From the NCBI GenBank assembly GCA_907165135.1, contig OU015567.1:744001-808000 (forward strand): a DNA stretch of 64,000 nucleotides. The letters are read 5' to 3'. Each line of letters begins with the position of its first letter. The stretch's first letter is position 1. The notes under the pieces are model-generated. The model searched no databases. It saw only the letters and a program-made list of their open reading frames with translations, and had not been told where the DNA came from. Shown here in pieces: positions 58,900 to 64,000 of this stretch. The DNA is from Oikopleura dioica (taxonomy: Eukaryota; Animalia; Chordata). The translations under genes were made by a program, and so were the position numbers.

Positions 58900-60898
58900 A
58901 TAAAAAAAAAAGATTTTCGAAAGTTTTAAAAATTTACTCAAATATGGAAATTTTCAAATTTTCGAGCCAAAAAACCCCTTGACTTTGAATCGAGAAAATG
59001 TGGCATATCATTTTTGGCAAATTGTCTCAGTGCTCTTGAAGAGCTCTCTTTTCTGCTCTGCTTTTGAATAAACCTCCGATTGAGCCAACAAAAGCGCCTG
59101 ACTTTATAATTTCTTAATTGAGCCGCTTTTGAATGAACCTGGACATCCTGCATCGACACAAGCCCACATCGGGCTCAATGAATAAATCACCTCTCGAATC
59201 TTTTTCCAAAGAATAATTTAAATTTCGGAAACAAGCGAAGTTTTCTCCGAAGTGCGAAAAAGCAGGGAATTTCAAAATAGGCGCGGATTTGCGAAAAAGA
59301 TCCTCCAAATCCGGCTAATCCTGCCAGGCACACCGCCGCGGAGCCCCGTGGAGTCTTGGGAGGAACCACCAAGGAGAACCACACATGCTTCTTTGAAAAT
59401 TGAGGATAGTCGAATTTCATGCCACCGAAGATTCATTTCGAGATGGGATTATGCAAATTCGAATCCAAAACAGGAAAAGCTTTTGTTGAAAAAAGAAACG
59501 GATCAGCTCAAAACTAAAACTGAATACAAATTTTTAAAAAGAAATCGAGTTATCAATAGGTTAATTTTTTAACCCTTCGACGCAACTCTCCCAATTCATC
59601 GACAACTTTAACATTTTAGTCTAATTTTAGTCTGGAATCGCCCACAAGTCCAAAATATCCATCATTTTACACGGAATTTTTTGAAATGACTAAAATGGAA
59701 AAGTTGGCTGTTTCGTGACAATCATGCGTCGATGAGTTAACAAAATCGACCCACTGAAAAATAAATAAATATTCAGCACTTTTTTCTATGAACAATTTGG
59801 CTCCGGTCTCAATATAAAGCAATTATCCCCGTTCTAGTCAAAATATTTACCTTGTTTGATCCTTCCCGCTGTTATCACAATTTCTCGCTTCCCACGTGAG
59901 TGCGCCTTCCAAAACCGAGCAGCCGCAACGTTCCCGGAAGCGAGACTATGTAAGAGTCGGATAATTAAAGCGCAGTGAATTATGCTTATCAGATATGTAA
60001 CTACAAATAATCTGGACGGGAGCTGGGAACGTGGAGCCTTATCGTGGTGACCTCACTACGACATTACGTCGAACTTAATTTTCGCGCTATCAGGATCTTG
60101 TTTTCTGCGGTTTTTGGCATTATTTATCGACTTTTTCATCGTAAAATTTTACTCGAATCGACAACAATTCGACAACCTGGAACTCGCCCATGAGCTAACC
60201 CTAACCCTAACCTATCAAGGTTGTAAGGTCCAGAATGTGCCAAAAGTCTTGAAAAAGGGAAAATCAAAATAAAAGAATAAATATTGAATCAGAACGGTTG
60301 ATACCCCTTCTGCAAGCCGGAAGAATATCTCCGATATTCCGCGATATCTGATAATCTTTTTCCGAATGGCAAATTTGCTCTTTCTGGAGATACAGAGTGT
60401 CTCTTTTTTGAGCGAAAAAGTGCAGAGCGAAGGAAATTCTAAAGCATGATGAAAATTGCAAATTATTGCTCGGCGGGGAGATTCAATTATAGTAACCACG
60501 AATCGTGAAAACTCATTTTCGCATTATCGGTCAGTTACGGGCTCATCGAAAAAAGAACCACGCCACGCCACAGGATGCCACATTAGTGGCAGACGTAACT
60601 AGTAATCCCGTGGTGGTACTATTTCTTCCCTTTTAGAATACTAAATCTTCGAAATTTAAAAAGAGGAATTATCCAGAAATTTGAGTTCAAGGAAAAAATA
60701 CCGAAATTGAAATCAATAAAAGCTAATCTGAAGAATATTTTTAATTAATCCCCTCCCTGATCAACTCATTAGCTCTTTGACTCAAATTCATGACCCGCTT
60801 ATCTTGGCACTGGTTCGTTGAGCACCTTTTCCCCTTGATTGAAATTATAATAGCTCTTGAATCAGGAGGTTATTTACTTGACATTGATTTTGATCAAT

Positions 60899-61340
60899 TT
60901 GAGCTGAGCGAAAATAAGCTCAAAAGATCAGCTCAGGCTCGCTCAGCTCAGCTCTTCCTTTCTTGAGCTCAGCTTAGCCTTTCTTGAGCTCAGCTCAAAG
61001 CTCAACTTAGCCTTTCTTGAGCTCAGCTCAGCCTTTCTTGAGCTCAGCTCAGCTTTTCTTGAGCTAAGCTCAAAGCTCAGCTCAGCCTTCCTTGAGCTCA
61101 GCTCAAAGCTCAGCTTAGCCTTTCTTGAGCTCAGCTCAGCTTTTCTCGGGCTTAACTCAAAGCTCAGCTCAGCCTTACTTGAGCTCAGCAAAATGCTCAG
61201 CTCAGCCTTTCTTGAGCTCAGCTCAAAGCTCAGCTCAGCCTTATTTGAGCTCAGCTCAATGCTCAGCTCAGACTTTTTTGAGCTCAGCTCAATGCTCAGC
61301 TTGCTCACTTTTAGCGAGCTGATTTGAATCTGAGCTGAGC
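60899..61340. repeat. AGCTC-based satellite (units such as TTCTTGAGCTCAGCTCAAAGCTCAGCTCAGCC)
   Basis: About 400 bp of tandem GAGCTCAGCTCA permutations; explains the spurious ORFs 60943-61500 and 61125-61322. Confidence 0.9.
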
Positions 61341-62148
61341 CCGAATAAAAATTCTTAAAAATAGAAAATAAAATTAGAAATTTTGAAAAATAAAATACCG
61401 AAAATGCAAATTGGCGAGCCGAGTTGAGCAATCGCAGTATCGCGCTGGCCTTTTCAGCAGGTCGAAAGAGATAGAATATTTTCGGGAACAAAGATAACAA
61501 TGTTTGACCCCGATTGGAAGGACAACTCGTTTCTTATCACCGCTTCGAGCTGTCATTTCGCGACATTCAAGAAACTAACTTATGTAACGAAAAATCATCT
61601 CCAACTGCCGAATTTCAAAAGATTGATTTTCGAGCTCTATAATTATCAACCCCATTCAATTTGAACTTGAATTAACCCAAAAGAACACTCGATAAAGCAT
61701 CAATTCAAAACAGGTCGCGAGCCAGATGCCGCGGGAATCAAAAAATAGCTTCTTCGTTAATAAAAGTCGATTTTTGAGGACTGCGGTTATTCAATCATTT
61801 TTAGAGGACACGGGCTACGGATCAATACGCTCGATAGTAGGTCGGGCGCGTTGATTGAAAAAGGGAGAAATTTATATCCTCCGTGGACATTTATGGACAA
61901 CGGCTCCTGGGGTGAAGACACGCCGAACAGCCATAAGTACGGATAATTAATTAGACAGATTTATTGATCCAGGAAGGGCAAACCCCCGTGGGGAGCGACT
62001 GAGATGGGAAGGCGGGATGAAAATGGCGGAAGGATTGGGCGATACTTCAAGCGAATAAAAATACCAAGGGCTTTGAAGAAATTAACCCGTTGGCGCATAT
62101 CGACTCAGAAGGTACCTAAATGGTTTATTATCGATGATATTACGGTGG

Positions 62149-62392
62149 TAGAGCTCCCCGTTTTTGGCATATGGGGGAGTTTCTTCTCAAGAGAAAATCC
62201 TCCCCCATCCGGGGTTCTGTCCACTAGGCCAAATTGAAGGGGAAGTTTTTTCAAGAGAAAGAAACCCCCATCAGGGGTACCGTCAACTAGGATTAATTGA
62301 CGGGGGGGGGGGAATACTTCACTAGAGAGAGATAGCCCCCCCTCCATCAGGGAGTTCCGTCCACAAGGACAAATGGGGGGGGGGTTCCCCTG
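62149..62392. repeat. Degenerate tandem repeat of about 65-70 bp with C-runs and G-runs (3 units)
   Basis: Unit: AGAGA...CCCCCATC(A/C)GGG..(T/C)(C/T)GTC(C/A)AC(T/A)AGG....ATTG..GGGG. Confidence 0.65.
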
Positions 62393-63901
62393 TTCCTAGA
62401 ATACTAAGCCATATGTTTTTTGAATCTTTGTTTTCGAAAGCAAGATCATTATTGTCTACTCTGAGTTTTTAAGCGACTCTCAAAACAAGCGAAAAAGACA
62501 GGCAGATTTGTATCGTCTGACTTCTAACAAGGTTTTGGTGTCGAGTTCGGCCAGGAACTGACGTCTGATAATTGGCACTTGGACAGGTTGGCTGGTGTCG
62601 GTTCACGTCCGCGACATTTGCAACTTACGGCACGTTAGCCGCGCAAAGTAATACTCACGTGGCAGCGCTGCTAGCCACATCCGCAAATTCACTGCGACCG
62701 CTAGCACCTTTTCGAGCTTGACATAATCTCCTACTTTACAAGCCATGTTCCCTCTGTTTTGGAAATAAAGATGTACCTTACTTCAATTTCATTGCCTTTC
62801 TCAACTAAAAAACCCCATGAAGAAACGAGAAAGTAAAAAATCAGAGTTGAACAAATCGATTTTTCCGATCGAAGAGATCCAACCGCAAGCTCCAAAAATT
62901 ATAATATCCTCGGTTTACGAAAGCCTGTCATTTCTTTATTGTTTCAAGTTGAACACTCCGTCGCCTTTTAAAAATAGACAAATGCCAGGACGCTGGGTCC
63001 CGTGAAGAAATAAATCGCTTTCTTAATACCTTCCCTTGTTATGAAAACGGAAGAATCAATGCTAAGATTTGATTCTTTTCTCAAAAAAAAGAAGATTTTT
63101 TTTTCGTGAAAACTCATGATTTTGATTTTTTCAATAAAAAAAAGATTTCTTTTTCTTTTTTCGTGAAAACTCACGATTTTGGTTTTTTTTCAACGAACAT
63201 TTTTAGCCGCGAATTTTGGTTTTTAGCAAAATTTTTTTGTGAAAAAGAAACTGAAAATAAGTTTTACTCAGATTTGAGCGTTCTGTGAACAGAGCGTCTC
63301 GTGGAACAGTTGAAAGGGCAATCTCGTAGGAAGAGTCGCACCTGTGGATAAGCTAATAACCGCCGAAAAGTGAGGAATTCCACGAGGCTGTTTCGGCTTC
63401 CGGATAATAGTTTAACCCGGCTTTTCCTGCATAATAACAATTTTAAAGCGAATTGCTTATTCTTCAATATCAATCTCGAGTCAAAATAAAAACGATAAGG
63501 GAGCCAGGGTCACTGGAGTATAAGTTTCGTTCCTTTTTCTAAATTTATTTTCAGGCAACAGATTTATCTCAAACCCAGGCGCTGATACCTCGATGGAGAA
63601 GTTCCAATATGAAAGAAATATGGATTTCTAAAATAATCCGCATTTTAAGATATTCTTTCGTTTTTGAATAAATAATGACGCGGTCAAGTGTTATTCCTTT
63701 TGATGAGCTTGGTAATCCGGCAATGATAATTCAAAGAAGCCCATTATGGGGCTATTTATGGGCGTGGTGCCAGTTTATAAGATACTCAGCAGGGATGGAC
63801 GCTGCTGGAAAAGAGGATTTTAATATTTTTCGAATAGAAAGAATTCAAAATGGCGATTTCGAAGCTTCAAGGTCTGGTGAAATTATTGTCGATAGAAAAT
63901 A

Positions 63902-64000
63902 AATGTCGCCGAATGTCTCCAAATCTCTCCTAATGTCACCAGATGTCTGCAAATGTCGGCAAATGTCTCCAAATGTCGGCAAATGTCACCAAATGTCGGC
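63902..64000. repeat. 10-bp minisatellite (AATGTCTCCA/AATGTCGGCA/AATGTCACCA), cut by the window end
   Basis: About 10 consecutive AATGTCnnCn-type units. Confidence 0.85.

Noticed and set aside
60943-61500. 185-aa ORF with repeated SSRKAELSFEL
   Set aside because: It is the translation of the AGCTC satellite, with no splice or domain support.
61000-64000. Repeat arrays as possible CRISPR
   Set aside because: No unique spacers, no cas genes, and the context is eukaryotic.
1-64000. tRNA, rRNA, snRNA or SL-RNA genes
   Set aside because: None recognised by eye; a tRNAscan-SE/Infernal run would be needed to exclude them.

Overview
Eukaryotic, gene-dense animal DNA, not prokaryotic, so the six-frame ORF track mostly shows exon fragments. 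Introns of about 40-60 nt, several GA-AG/GC-AG introns, operon-like spacing and the gene families point to the appendicularian tunicate Oikopleura (inference; no database search run). Well-supported genes: an OATP/SLCO transporter cut by the window start, a tandem PECR-like pair, tyrosylprotein sulfotransferase, a FABP, an insulinase (M16A) peptidase and a latrophilin (ADGRL) adhesion GPCR. Less certain genes: three C-type-lectin-domain genes, a PLA2-fold protein, a small Ser-Gly proteoglycan-like protein, two HQD-type kinases and several orphan or degenerate genes. About 52-64 kb has no recognisable coding gene and may be a long first intron of the latrophilin. At least eight families of short inverted-repeat DNA elements occur. 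Highlights: (1) a 526-bp TIR element in an OATP coding exon that is removed exactly as an intron (introner-like); (2) an insulinase with an apparent signal peptide; (3) PECR and IDE homologues lacking PTS1; (4) a latrophilin with a shortened GAIN domain and no HL/T cleavage motif. All gene models are manual reconstructions from splice signals and remembered family motifs.
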